Below the pieces are notes generated by a model, which saw nothing but the letters and a program-made list of their open reading frames with translations, had not been told where the DNA came from and made no database searches. DNA of 60,897 nucleotides, the filler included. It is 6 parts of 6 records of this genome, joined end to end, with 100 filler letters (N's around TTAATTAATTAA, not from the genome) between each part and the next. Parts side by side here need not be neighbours in the genome. Positions count along the whole stretch, not along the records: positions 1 to 10,138 come from SRR2962707_3928; 5 more parts are not named here. One strand, given 5' to 3'. Each line of letters begins with the position of its first letter. The stretch's first letter is position 1. Position numbers and translations under genes: made by a program. Of this stretch, positions 1-8,884 are shown in pieces.

Positions 1-1
1 C

Positions 2-1015
2 TACCTGATGCACACCTCGACCAGCCCGCAGTATTCGATCATCGCCTCTTGCGATGTGGCGGCGGCGATGATGGAACCCCCCGGCGGCACGGCCCTGGTC
101 GAAGAAAGCATCATGGAGGCGCTCGATTTCCGCCGCGCCATGCGCAAGGTCGACGACGAATACGGCGAAGGCGACTGGTGGTTCCAGGTCTGGGGCCCGG
201 ATGACCTTGCCGACGAAGGCGTCGGATCAACCGATGATTGGATTCTCAAACGTACCGATGCCGACGGCGTCCAGCCGCTAGATAACAAAGAGGCATGGCA
301 CGGCTTTGGCGACATGGCGCCGGGGTTCAACATGCTTGACCCGATCAAGGCAACGATCATCACCCCTGGCCTGAACATGGACGGGTTGTTTGAAACCGAC
401 GGCATTCCGGCGTCGATTGTCACCAAATATCTGGCCGAACATGGCGTCGTGGTGGAAAAAACCGGACTCTATAGTTTCTTTATCATGTTCACCATCGGCA
501 TCACCAAGGGACGCTGGAATTCGCTTCTGACAGCCTTGCAGCAGTTCAAGGACGACCACGCCAAGAACCAGCCGATGTGGCGAACAATGCCGGAATTCTG
601 CGCCAAACATCCCCGGTATGAGGGCATGGGCCTGCGCGATCTGTGCCAGCACGTTCATACGCTCTATGCGAAATATGATGTCGCGCGCCTGTCCACGGAC
701 ATGTACCTCAGCGATCATACCCCGGTGATGAAACCGACGGATGCGTTTTCGCACATCGCGCAGCGCACCACCCAGCGCGTGCCCATCGATGACCTTGAGG
801 GGCGCATCACAACCAGCCTTGTCACCCCCTATCCGCCGGGCATTCCGCTGCTGATTCCAGGTGAGGTGTTCAACCGCAAGATCGTCGAATACCTGCGCTT
901 TAACCGCGCCTTCGCCCACGAATGCCCGGGGTTCGAAACCGATATCCACGGTCTGGTCCAAGAGGTCGGAACCGACGGCACGATCCATTACTATGCGGAT
1001 TGCGTCGCCTCCTGA
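2..1015 (+). CDS. Orn/Lys/Arg decarboxylase (PLP-dependent, LdcA-like), 5'-truncated
   Basis: MHTSTSPQY, LDPIKATIITPG, EKTGLYSFFIMFTIGITKGRW, PYPPGIPLLIPGE, PGFETDIHG motifs; frame open to the window edge. Confidence 0.93.
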   Translation, partial: YLMHTSTSPQYSIIASCDVAAAMMEPPGGTALVEESIMEALDFRRAMRKVDDEYGEGDWWFQVWGPDDLADEGVGSTDDWILKRTDADGVQPLDNKEAWHGFGDMAPGFNMLDPIKATIITPGLNMDGLFETDGIPASIVTKYLAEHGVVVEKTGLYSFFIMFTIGITKGRWNSLLTALQQFKDDHAKNQPMWRTMPEFCAKHPRYEGMGLRDLCQHVHTLYAKYDVARLSTDMYLSDHTPVMKPTDAFSHIAQRTTQRVPIDDLEGRITTSLVTPYPPGIPLLIPGEVFNRKIVEYLRFNRAFAHECPGFETDIHGLVQEVGTDGTIHYYADCVAS

Positions 1016-1102
1016 TCTGCATCGTGCCGGCGGGTACGCCCCGCCGCCGATGGTCCTTGCGGACTGGTGGCTCCGCGATCCCTAGCGACCGAAAGGCTGG
1101 CC

Positions 1103-2212
1103 ATGATCCGCTTCCTCCACGCCTCTGACCTGCACCTTGGCAAACCCTTTGGCCGCTTCCCCGAAGATGTCCGCCACCGCCTGCGTCAGGCCCGCCAGGA
1201 TTGCATCGCGCGGTTGGCTGATGCCGCGCGCACTGGTGGCGCGACCCATATCCTGCTCGCCGGGGACACATTTGATGCGGAAACGCCCCAGCGCACCACC
1301 CTGCGTCAGGCGATGAACGCCATGGCCGCCGCCCCGGATCTGACCTGGGTGCTGATGCCCGGCAACCACGATCACCTAAAGGCGTCCGAAATCTGGGCCG
1401 TGCTGGCCCGCGAACACCCGCAGAATGTGCAACTGGCGCTGGAACCTGCGCCGATGCCCATGGGCGACGGCGCGATGCTGCTGCCCGCGCCCTGCACCGC
1501 GAAATCGCCGGGACGGGACCTGTCGGAATGGATGGACCGCGCGGACACCGGCGCTGCCATCCGGGTCGGGCTGGCCCATGGCTCGATCCGCGACTTTGCC
1601 GGGGCCGACACCCTGTCCGAAACTGGCAGCGGTGTCATCGCCCCCGACCGGGCTGCGCGCGCAGGTCTTGACTACCTCGGCTTTGGCGATTGGCATGGCC
1701 GCATCGAAGTCACGCCAAACACTTGGTATTCCGGCACCCCCGAACCCGACAGCTTTAAACCGCATCTGCCCGCCGGCGCGCTGCTCGTCAGCGTCGCGGG
1801 GCAGGGCGCCCGAGCCGAGGTGCGCGAGGTCGAAACCGGTCAAATCACCTGGCATCGCCCCACGCTGGATCTGTTTGAGAATGACAATGCCGCCCAGCGA
1901 TTGGCCGACGCGCTACCTGACCTTGCCTTGCGCGACCGCACGCTGATCGATATTCGCCCCACGGGCCACGCGGGCCTTGCCGCCCATGCCGCGCTGGTGC
2001 AGGCCATCGCGGATGTCACGCCAGATTTCCTATGGGCTGACAGTGACTTGACGGCCCTTGCCGTGACCCATGACCTGACTGACCTGTCCCAGATCGACGA
2101 CCGTGGCGCAGTGCGCGACGCCGCCGAAGCATTGGCCAAATCCGCCGACACCGATCCCGCCGCCGCCATGGCGCTGCGCCGCCTTTATTCCTATGCGCAA
2201 GAGTTGAAATGA
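1103..2212 (+). CDS. Mre11/SbcD-like metallophosphoesterase (DNA repair exonuclease family)
   Basis: ASDLHLG, AGDTFD, PGNHD, LAHG, GDWHG, YSGTPE motifs; ATG at 1103; ATGA overlap with the downstream ATPase. Confidence 0.9.
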   Translation: MIRFLHASDLHLGKPFGRFPEDVRHRLRQARQDCIARLADAARTGGATHILLAGDTFDAETPQRTTLRQAMNAMAAAPDLTWVLMPGNHDHLKASEIWAVLAREHPQNVQLALEPAPMPMGDGAMLLPAPCTAKSPGRDLSEWMDRADTGAAIRVGLAHGSIRDFAGADTLSETGSGVIAPDRAARAGLDYLGFGDWHGRIEVTPNTWYSGTPEPDSFKPHLPAGALLVSVAGQGARAEVREVETGQITWHRPTLDLFENDNAAQRLADALPDLALRDRTLIDIRPTGHAGLAAHAALVQAIADVTPDFLWADSDLTALAVTHDLTDLSQIDDRGAVRDAAEALAKSADTDPAAAMALRRLYSYAQELK

Positions 2213-4845
2213 AGATCCGTGCCCTCACCCTCCAGAACGTGCGCAAATTCGGCGGCAAATGTGTCACGCTGCGCGACATCGGCGATGGCATCACCGTGGT
2301 GTCCGAAGCGAATGAGTTCGGTAAATCCACCTTCTTTGACGCGCTGCACGCGGTGTTTTTTGAAAAACACACCGCCACAGGCAAAACCATTCAATCCCTC
2401 AAACCCCATGCGGGCGGGGCCGTGCGCATCGGGGCAGAGGTCGACATTGACGGCGCGCGCTTTGCCATCGAAAAACGCTTTCTGACACAGAAAGGTGCCA
2501 GCATCACCGATCTGGCCCACGGCACCGTGATCGCGCGGGACGGAGAGGCCGAAGATTGGCTCACCCGCCACATCGGCCCCGCCGACTATGGGCCGACCGG
2601 GCTGCTTTGGGTGCGGCAGGGGGTTCTGGGCCTTGAACCCGCCGATGCAAAACCCGCCGAACGGGAAAAACTGACTGAGGTGCGGCGCGATCTGCTTAGC
2701 TCTGTCGCCGGTGAAATTGATCAGGTCACCGGCGGGCGCACGATGGACCGCATCCTGCGCCGCTGCGCCGAAGATCTGGGCCAGATCGCCACCGGCAAAA
2801 CCCTCGCCCCTCGTGGCCCGTGGAAAGAGGCGGTTGATACCGCGCGCGATCTGCAAACCGATCTTGAGCTGCTCGAACGGCAATGCGCGGAACTGGCCGA
2901 GGCGCTGAACGAACGCCGCCGCGTCGAAGAGGAACTGCGCCGTCTGGACGACCCCGCCGAACAGGCCCGCCGTGATCAGGATTTGGCCCAGGCCCGCACC
3001 GCAGCACTGGCCGCCGACAGCCATGCGCAAAAGGTGACAGCGGCGCAACGCGATCTCGACATTGCAACCCTGCACCTGACGGCCGCTGCGCGCGAAGGCA
3101 CAGCCCTGCAAGACGCCATCGCTGCTGCGAACACCGCAACCCAGGCGCTGACAGGCGCAGAAATCCGCTGCACCGCCGCCGCCGCGGACCTCGCCACAGC
3201 CCGTGATGCCGAAACACAGGCCCGCGCCACGCTGATCACTGCCGAATCTACCACCAAAACACTGCGCGCAGAAATGGCGCTGGTTGACCGCGCCGCAGCG
3301 GCGCAGCGTGCCCGCGACGACATCGCGCGGCTCGATTCCACCTTCTCTCAGGCCCGCGCGCATACCATCGCAAGGGTCGCGGCGCAGGCGCGCATCGCCG
3401 ATAACCCCGCTACACCCGCGCACCTGACAGCGGCAGAAACCGCCGTGGCCAATGCCGCCCGCCTGCGCAGCGCCGCCGACGCCCGCGCGGCACACGTGAC
3501 GATCCAGTACACCGGCGCGCAGCAGTTGACGGTTGCGGGAAAACTGCTGCCCGGCGATACACCCGTCGCCCTGACCAGCGGCATGGAAATCACCATGCCC
3601 GGCATTGGCGCCCTGCGCGTCGATCTGCCCGATGCAGTCGGCGGCGCGGATGCCGAAACCGCCCTGGCCAATGCGCAAAAGGTCCGGGATGCCGCACTAT
3701 TGGCCTGCGCCGCACAGACCCTGCCACAGGCCCGCCAGAACGCACAGGCGCGGCAGACAGATGAAAACGCGGCGCATCTGGCGGGCGAAATGTTGCGCAC
3801 ATTGGCCCCGGATGGCACCGACGCACTGGAACAGGCACTGGCCCACGCGCGCGCTATTCTGGACGCCGCCCCAGAAACGCCGCCCCGCATGGCCGATGCC
3901 ATCCAGCCCGAACTCGACCGCGCGCAAGGGGCCGAATCCACGGCCCGCAGCCATCTGACCCAGATCAGCGAAAAGGTCGCCACCGCACGCGAAACGCTGG
4001 CCACAGCTGAGGCATCGCTGACCTCTGCCCGCACCGACCGCGACCGCGCCGATGCGCTGGCCGGTCCAACCGATACCCGCGCCGAACGCGTAAACACGCT
4101 GCACACCGCCACCACGGCGGCGCAGACCAGGGTTCAAACCCTGACAGACGCGCGCACCACACTGCAAACAGACGCGCCCGACGCCGCCACCGCGCAGGCC
4201 AACCTGAAACGTGCAGAAGCGGCTTTTGACGTCGCCCGCAAACGCCGCGCGGATCTGGGCGAACGCCGCGCCGACCTGTCCGCCCGCATCGACACCCGCG
4301 CCGATGAGGGGATCGAGGAACGCCGCGACGAGGTGACAGAGGCGCTTCAGACCGCCCGCGCCACCGCCGCCCGGTATGGAGCCGAAGTTGCGGGCCTAAC
4401 CCGTCTGCGCGACGCGCTGGAATCGGCCCGCGACGGCGCCCGCGAGGCGTATTTCGAACCCGTTCAGGCCGAATTGCGCCCGCTGCTGCGCATCCTGCAC
4501 GATGACGCCGGTCTGGATTGGGAAAGCGATAGCCTGATGCCCGGCGCCCTGCGGCGCGGGGGCGAGGTCGAGGCATTTGACACCCTGTCAGGCGGCACAC
4601 AGGAACAGATCGCTATCCTGACCCGACTGGCCTTTGCCCGGTTGTTCGCGCGGCGCGGCCAGCATCTACCGATCATTCTGGACGATGCGCTGGTTTATTC
4701 CGACGACGACCGCATCGTGAAAATGTTCACCGCCCTGAACCGCGTCGCGGCGGATCAGCAGATCATCGTATTTTCCTGTCGCCAACTGGCCTTTGCCGGC
4801 CTTGGCGGCGAACGCCCGTTGATTTCGATCGAAGATGCCGACTGA
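2209..4845 (+). CDS. Rad50/SbcC/YhaN-like SMC-type ATPase, 878 aa
   Basis: Walker A NEFGKST, Q-loop WVRQG, long Ala-rich coiled coils, signature LSGGTQEQ, Walker B IILDD; no CXXC. Confidence 0.9.
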   Translation: MKIRALTLQNVRKFGGKCVTLRDIGDGITVVSEANEFGKSTFFDALHAVFFEKHTATGKTIQSLKPHAGGAVRIGAEVDIDGARFAIEKRFLTQKGASITDLAHGTVIARDGEAEDWLTRHIGPADYGPTGLLWVRQGVLGLEPADAKPAEREKLTEVRRDLLSSVAGEIDQVTGGRTMDRILRRCAEDLGQIATGKTLAPRGPWKEAVDTARDLQTDLELLERQCAELAEALNERRRVEEELRRLDDPAEQARRDQDLAQARTAALAADSHAQKVTAAQRDLDIATLHLTAAAREGTALQDAIAAANTATQALTGAEIRCTAAAADLATARDAETQARATLITAESTTKTLRAEMALVDRAAAAQRARDDIARLDSTFSQARAHTIARVAAQARIADNPATPAHLTAAETAVANAARLRSAADARAAHVTIQYTGAQQLTVAGKLLPGDTPVALTSGMEITMPGIGALRVDLPDAVGGADAETALANAQKVRDAALLACAAQTLPQARQNAQARQTDENAAHLAGEMLRTLAPDGTDALEQALAHARAILDAAPETPPRMADAIQPELDRAQGAESTARSHLTQISEKVATARETLATAEASLTSARTDRDRADALAGPTDTRAERVNTLHTATTAAQTRVQTLTDARTTLQTDAPDAATAQANLKRAEAAFDVARKRRADLGERRADLSARIDTRADEGIEERRDEVTEALQTARATAARYGAEVAGLTRLRDALESARDGAREAYFEPVQAELRPLLRILHDDAGLDWESDSLMPGALRRGGEVEAFDTLSGGTQEQIAILTRLAFARLFARRGQHLPIILDDALVYSDDDRIVKMFTALNRVAADQQIIVFSCRQLAFAGLGGERPLISIEDAD

Positions 4846-4860
4846 CCGCGCGCACCCGCG

Positions 4861-5163
4861 TCAGCGAACGGTCATCTCGTCCGCGCGCATCAGGCCCAGC
4901 ACATCCCGCGCCTGCTGGTCCAGCAGGTCTAGGTCAAGATAGTCGTCAGACAGCCGTGTGGTCAGGTTTTCCATCCGCACCACCTCGGCTTGAACCACGT
5001 GCAACTCTTCGCGCAGATGCTGGGATTCCACGGTGATCTCGGCGCGGCGGAACACGCCAAAATCGCCCTGCACTGCGGCAAAGGTGAAATAGGCCCCAAG
5101 GCTGAAGGTGATCGCAAAGAACACCAGCGCGCCAAGCGCCGGGGGGGTCCGAAGGATGCTCAT
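4861..5163 (-). CDS. ftsB: Septum formation initiator (FtsB/DivIC family)
   Basis: One TM helix, then coiled coil and LDLDLLDQQARDVLGLMRADE; downstream of pgk. Confidence 0.85.
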   Translation of the reverse strand: MSILRTPPALGALVFFAITFSLGAYFTFAAVQGDFGVFRRAEITVESQHLREELHVVQAEVVRMENLTTRLSDDYLDLDLLDQQARDVLGLMRADEMTVR

Positions 5164-5229
5164 GAACGTGCCTCAAGGATGCGCCTCTGGCGGGCGCGCC
5201 CGATCAGTATGCCACAAACGACCCGCTGT

Positions 5230-5255
5230 GGGAATCCCCCCGTGGGGGAATTCCC
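5230..5255. terminator. GC-rich stem-loop downstream of pgk
   Basis: GGGAATCCCCC-CGT-GGGGGAATTCCC imperfect inverted repeat; no clear U tract. Confidence 0.4.
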
Positions 5256-5262
5256 GTGCGCC

Positions 5263-6450
5263 TTATCCGAGCGCGGCAACACCCGGCAGGGTCTTGCCTT
5301 CCATCCACTCAAGAAAGGCACCACCGGCAGTCGAAATATAGGTGAAATCCTTGGCCGCATCCGCCTTGTTCAGTGCGGCGACCGTGTCGCCACCCCCGGC
5401 GACCGACACCAGCTTGCCGTCGCGCGACAGCTTGGCGGCATGGGCGGCGGCGGCATTTGTGGCAGCGTCGAACGGCGCAATTTCGAACGCCCCCAGCGGC
5501 CCGTTCCAGATCAGCGTCTTGGCACGTTCCAGCGCCTGTCCCACATGGAACACCGAATCCGGCCCCGCATCCAGAATCATCGCATCTGCCGGGCACTCTT
5601 CGGCCGGAACGACCTTGTTTTCGGCACCCGCCTTGAACTCCCATGCGACGACGACATCGCGGGGCAGTAGAATCTCACACCCACCCTTGGCCGCCTTTTC
5701 GGCGATCTCGCGCGCGGTGTCGGTCATGTCATGTTCACACAGCGACTTGCCCACATCCACACCCTGCGCGGCAAGGAATGTATTCGCCATCCCGCCGCCG
5801 ATCACCAGAATGTCGACCTTTTCCACAAGGTTGCTCAGCAGTTCCAGCTTGGTCGACACCTTTGCGCCGCCCACAACCGCCAGTACTGGGCGTTCGGGCT
5901 CGCCAAGCGCCTTTTCCAGCGCGCTCAGCTCGGCCTCCATCAGGCGGCCCGCGCAGGACGGCAACAGCCGTGCCAGCGCTTCGGTCGATGCATGTGCCCG
6001 GTGCGCGGCGGAAAAGGCATCGTTGCAATAGATATCGCCCAGCGTCGCCATGCCGGCCGCCAGATCGGGATCGTTCTTTTCCTCACCGGCATGGAAACGG
6101 GTGTTTTCCAGCAGCAGAACCTGCCCGGGTTGCAGCGCGCCTGCCGCCGCCTCGGCCGCAGGACCGACGCAATCGGCGACAAAAACCACATCCACACCCA
6201 GAACGCTTTCCAGTGCGGGCACCAGATGTTGCAGGCTCATGTCAGGCACCACTTTGCCCTTGGGACGGCCGAAATGCGCCAGCAGCACTGGCATGCCACC
6301 ATGGGCCAGAATATCGGCAACCGTCGGCGCGATCCGTTCGATCCGGGTGGCATCCGTCACACGGCCATCTTCGACCGGTACGTTGATATCGACCCGCACA
6401 AGCACGCGTTTGCCGTTCAATTCCATCTGATCCAGTGTCTTCCAGGCCAT
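5263..6450 (-). CDS. pgk: Phosphoglycerate kinase
   Basis: [48 protein letters not shown]. Confidence 0.98.
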   Translation of the reverse strand: MAWKTLDQMELNGKRVLVRVDINVPVEDGRVTDATRIERIAPTVADILAHGGMPVLLAHFGRPKGKVVPDMSLQHLVPALESVLGVDVVFVADCVGPAAEAAAGALQPGQVLLLENTRFHAGEEKNDPDLAAGMATLGDIYCNDAFSAAHRAHASTEALARLLPSCAGRLMEAELSALEKALGEPERPVLAVVGGAKVSTKLELLSNLVEKVDILVIGGGMANTFLAAQGVDVGKSLCEHDMTDTAREIAEKAAKGGCEILLPRDVVVAWEFKAGAENKVVPAEECPADAMILDAGPDSVFHVGQALERAKTLIWNGPLGAFEIAPFDAATNAAAAHAAKLSRDGKLVSVAGGGDTVAALNKADAAKDFTYISTAGGAFLEWMEGKTLPGVAALG

Positions 6451-6575
6451 CGCACCCTCCTAAATTTGTTGGCACGAGGTTTGACCGACAGGGCCCAAGA
6501 GGTCAATCCACCGTCTTGGCATTCGGGCGCGCGCGCATTACCTAGTGGACCAAGTTTAAATCAACGGAGCATGAC

Positions 6576-7082
6576 ATGGCCGAGATCAAAGACCCCGAAA
6601 ACACCATTCTTCTGGAATTGAAGGACGGCACCGTGACGATCGAGCTTCTGCCCGACGTCGCACCCAAGCACGTCGAGCGGATGAAATCCCTCGCGCGCGC
6701 TGGTGCCTATGACAACGTCTGCTTTCACCGCGTGATCGCGGGTTTCATGGCCCAGACCGGCGATGTGGCCAACGGCAACATGGAAAATGACTTTAATCTG
6801 CGTGCCGCAGGCACCGGTGGGTCCGAACACCCCGATCTGCCGGCCGAGTTTTCCAAACTGCCCCACGACCGCGGCACCATCGGCGCGGCGCGCAGCCAGA
6901 ACCCGGATTCCGCAAATTCGCAGTTCTTTATCAACTTCAGCGACAACAACTTCCTCAACGGTCAATACACGGTTTATGGCCGCGTGATTTCCGGCATGGA
7001 ACACGTCGATGCGATCACCAAGGGTGAACCGCCCGCGAACCCCGATCGCATGATTTCGGTCAAGGTGGCCGCAGATGCATAA
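6576..7082 (+). CDS. Cyclophilin-type peptidyl-prolyl isomerase (cytoplasmic)
   Basis: FHRVIAGFMAQTGD, ANSQFFI, GQYTVYGRV. Confidence 0.95.
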   Translation: MAEIKDPENTILLELKDGTVTIELLPDVAPKHVERMKSLARAGAYDNVCFHRVIAGFMAQTGDVANGNMENDFNLRAAGTGGSEHPDLPAEFSKLPHDRGTIGAARSQNPDSANSQFFINFSDNNFLNGQYTVYGRVISGMEHVDAITKGEPPANPDRMISVKVAADA

Positions 7083-7620
7083 GCTCGCCCTGATCATGTC
7101 ACTGGTCGCCAGCCCCGCGCTGGCCACTGGCCTGCAGATCGACATCGCAGGCGAAGCGAACGGAACCGTCACCATCGACCTGTTTGATGATGTCGCCCCC
7201 AACCACGTCGCCCAGATCACCAAACTGGCGGAAGAGGGCGCATATGACGGCGTCGCCTTTCACCGGGTGATCGACGGCTTCATGGCCCAGAGCGGCGATG
7301 TGCAATACGGCAAGGCAGGCGGCGATGCTGGCATGGCCGGTATGGGTGGATCTGACCTGCCCGACATCAAGGAAGAATTTTCCGACATTCCGTTTGCACG
7401 CGGCGTGGTCGGCATGGCCCGTTCGCAGGATCCGAACTCGGCCAATTCGCAGTTCTTTATCATGTTCGCCCCGGGCGATTTCCTGAACGGTCAGTATACC
7501 GTTGTTGGCGAAGTGACCGCAGGCATGGATGTGATCGATGCGATCAAGCGCGGCACCCCCGGCAGTGGCACCGTTTCGGGCGAACCTGACCGCATGGTGT
7601 CCGTGCGCGTCACCGACTAA
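7075..7620 (+). CDS. Cyclophilin-type peptidyl-prolyl isomerase with signal peptide
   Basis: MHKLALIMSLVASPALA signal; FHRVIDGFMAQSGD, ANSQFFI; tandem paralog of the preceding gene. Confidence 0.95.
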   Translation: MHKLALIMSLVASPALATGLQIDIAGEANGTVTIDLFDDVAPNHVAQITKLAEEGAYDGVAFHRVIDGFMAQSGDVQYGKAGGDAGMAGMGGSDLPDIKEEFSDIPFARGVVGMARSQDPNSANSQFFIMFAPGDFLNGQYTVVGEVTAGMDVIDAIKRGTPGSGTVSGEPDRMVSVRVTD

Positions 7621-7646
7621 GGGCCCGCCCCTATGACAACCGCGAT

Positions 7647-7710
7647 GGGGGCGCTGCCCCCGTCGCTCCTTTCGGGCGACCCTCCCCGGAGAATTTTCGG
7701 ACAGATGAAA
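7647..7710. repeat. REP-like palindromic intergenic element of the kind dispersed in Rhodobacteraceae
   Basis: GGGGGCGCTGCCCCC hairpin + GTCGC..TTTC..GCGAC hairpin + CCCCGGAGAATTTTCGGACAGATGAAA tail between convergent genes; family recognition from memory. Confidence 0.6.
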
Positions 7711-7732
7711 CGCGCATTGGCGCAGGGTTGCC

Positions 7733-8632
7733 TCAGGCCGCAAAAACGGCTGGCAGGCAGCGGGCCAGCGGCGCGAGCCTGCGTTGAAACAGCCATGTGC
7801 CCCCTTGGGGCACCGCTTGCGCCCCGGTCCCCAGCTTGAAATGCGCAAGACCCGGCGCGTCGTCGGAATTGAGCGTCCCAAGATCCAGCAGGGTATGGCC
7901 GCGCCGCGCCAGTTGGCGCATCCCTTCCCACAGCACCAGGTTCATGGCGTTGCAGCGCCGCCCTTCGGGCAGGCTCTGGCCGATCTGGTAGGTGGCCATC
8001 GCCCCGTGGCACAGGAACAGCGCCGCCGCGACCGGATGATCGTTCAGCCGCGCGGTCACAACGCGCGCCTGCCCGGGGTTTGCCGTGGCGTAGGCCCGCA
8101 TGATCTCGGGTGGCCATCCGCGGTACCGCTTGCTCTTTTGCAAGGCCGTTTCCGCCTGCAACAGCCAGTGGTCGCGATCCTGTGGCAGATCGGTCCAGTC
8201 CAGCCGCAGGTTGGCCCCCGACGCCCGGTTCAGACGGTTGCGCCATTTCTGCTTTAACGCGGCACGCATTTTCGATTCTGACCCAAGCGGCAGCATCGCC
8301 AGCGTCACAGGTGTGACCAGCGGCCAGAATCCCGCCGCCCGCAGATTCGCACCAGACAACGTCGCGTCCGCGTTCATGAATAGCGGCCGCGCGCCCTGCA
8401 TCGTGCCAACGTCCTGCAGCCAGCCCCCCGCATCCGCCGGATCACGCCAGACCGGCCCGCGTGACAGCAGATCGACCGCACCCAGCAGGGGATATAGGCG
8501 GGACTGGATCTGGCAGACGGCATTCACCTGACCGTCGATGATTTGTTCCCTGTGACGTACAGGCAGGTGCAATGCCGCACAAGCGCGGGCAAATTCCGGC
8601 GATTGCGGCAAAGGTATGTGCAAATTCTCCAT
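7733..8632 (-). CDS. FemAB/FemX-like GNAT-fold acyltransferase
   Basis: QSPEFARA, LLSRGPVW, LKQKWRNRLNRA, NAMNLVLW, LDLG...GLAHFKLGTGA. Confidence 0.8.
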   Translation of the reverse strand: MENLHIPLPQSPEFARACAALHLPVRHREQIIDGQVNAVCQIQSRLYPLLGAVDLLSRGPVWRDPADAGGWLQDVGTMQGARPLFMNADATLSGANLRAAGFWPLVTPVTLAMLPLGSESKMRAALKQKWRNRLNRASGANLRLDWTDLPQDRDHWLLQAETALQKSKRYRGWPPEIMRAYATANPGQARVVTARLNDHPVAAALFLCHGAMATYQIGQSLPEGRRCNAMNLVLWEGMRQLARRGHTLLDLGTLNSDDAPGLAHFKLGTGAQAVPQGGTWLFQRRLAPLARCLPAVFAA

Positions 8633-8676
8633 ACCTTATTAATAATTTGATAAGTTTATGACTGGTTAATATTGCT

Positions 8677-8805
8677 ATGAAAGAAACGCATTATACAGCA
8701 TCGCACGCGCGCCGTCCGCGCTATACCCTTGGGGCTGCGCTTTTGCTGGCCTCGGCCTTATCATTGCCATTTGTGGTGATCGCGGTGGTGCAGCTGCTGT
8801 TCTGA
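8677..8805 (+). CDS. Candidate 42-aa small membrane protein (below ORF-track cutoff)
   Basis: MKETHYTASHARRPRYTLGAALLLASALSLPFVVIAVVQLLF: basic N-terminus then ~25 hydrophobic residues; follows an AT-rich gap. Confidence 0.5.
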   Translation: MKETHYTASHARRPRYTLGAALLLASALSLPFVVIAVVQLLF

Positions 8806-8884
8806 GATGCCCGCGCCGCGTGCAGCGTGCAGGATCTCCCAATAAAACGGCAGCAGGGGGCGCGTCATGACGCCCCCGCCTGTA

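Noticed and set aside
2191-4600. Long antisense ORFs over the SMC-like ATPase (e.g. 2191-3678, 495 aa)
   Set aside because: Shadow frames of a GC-rich gene; no recognisable motifs.
1103-4845. Calling the nuclease/ATPase pair Wadjet or Lamassu
   Set aside because: No kleisin/KITE or Toprim subunits, no LmuC-like gene or typical effector, and no neighbouring defence genes; a defence role stays a hypothesis.
6576-7620. Tandem cyclophilin duplication as unusual
   Set aside because: Paired cyclophilins are a common alphaproteobacterial arrangement.
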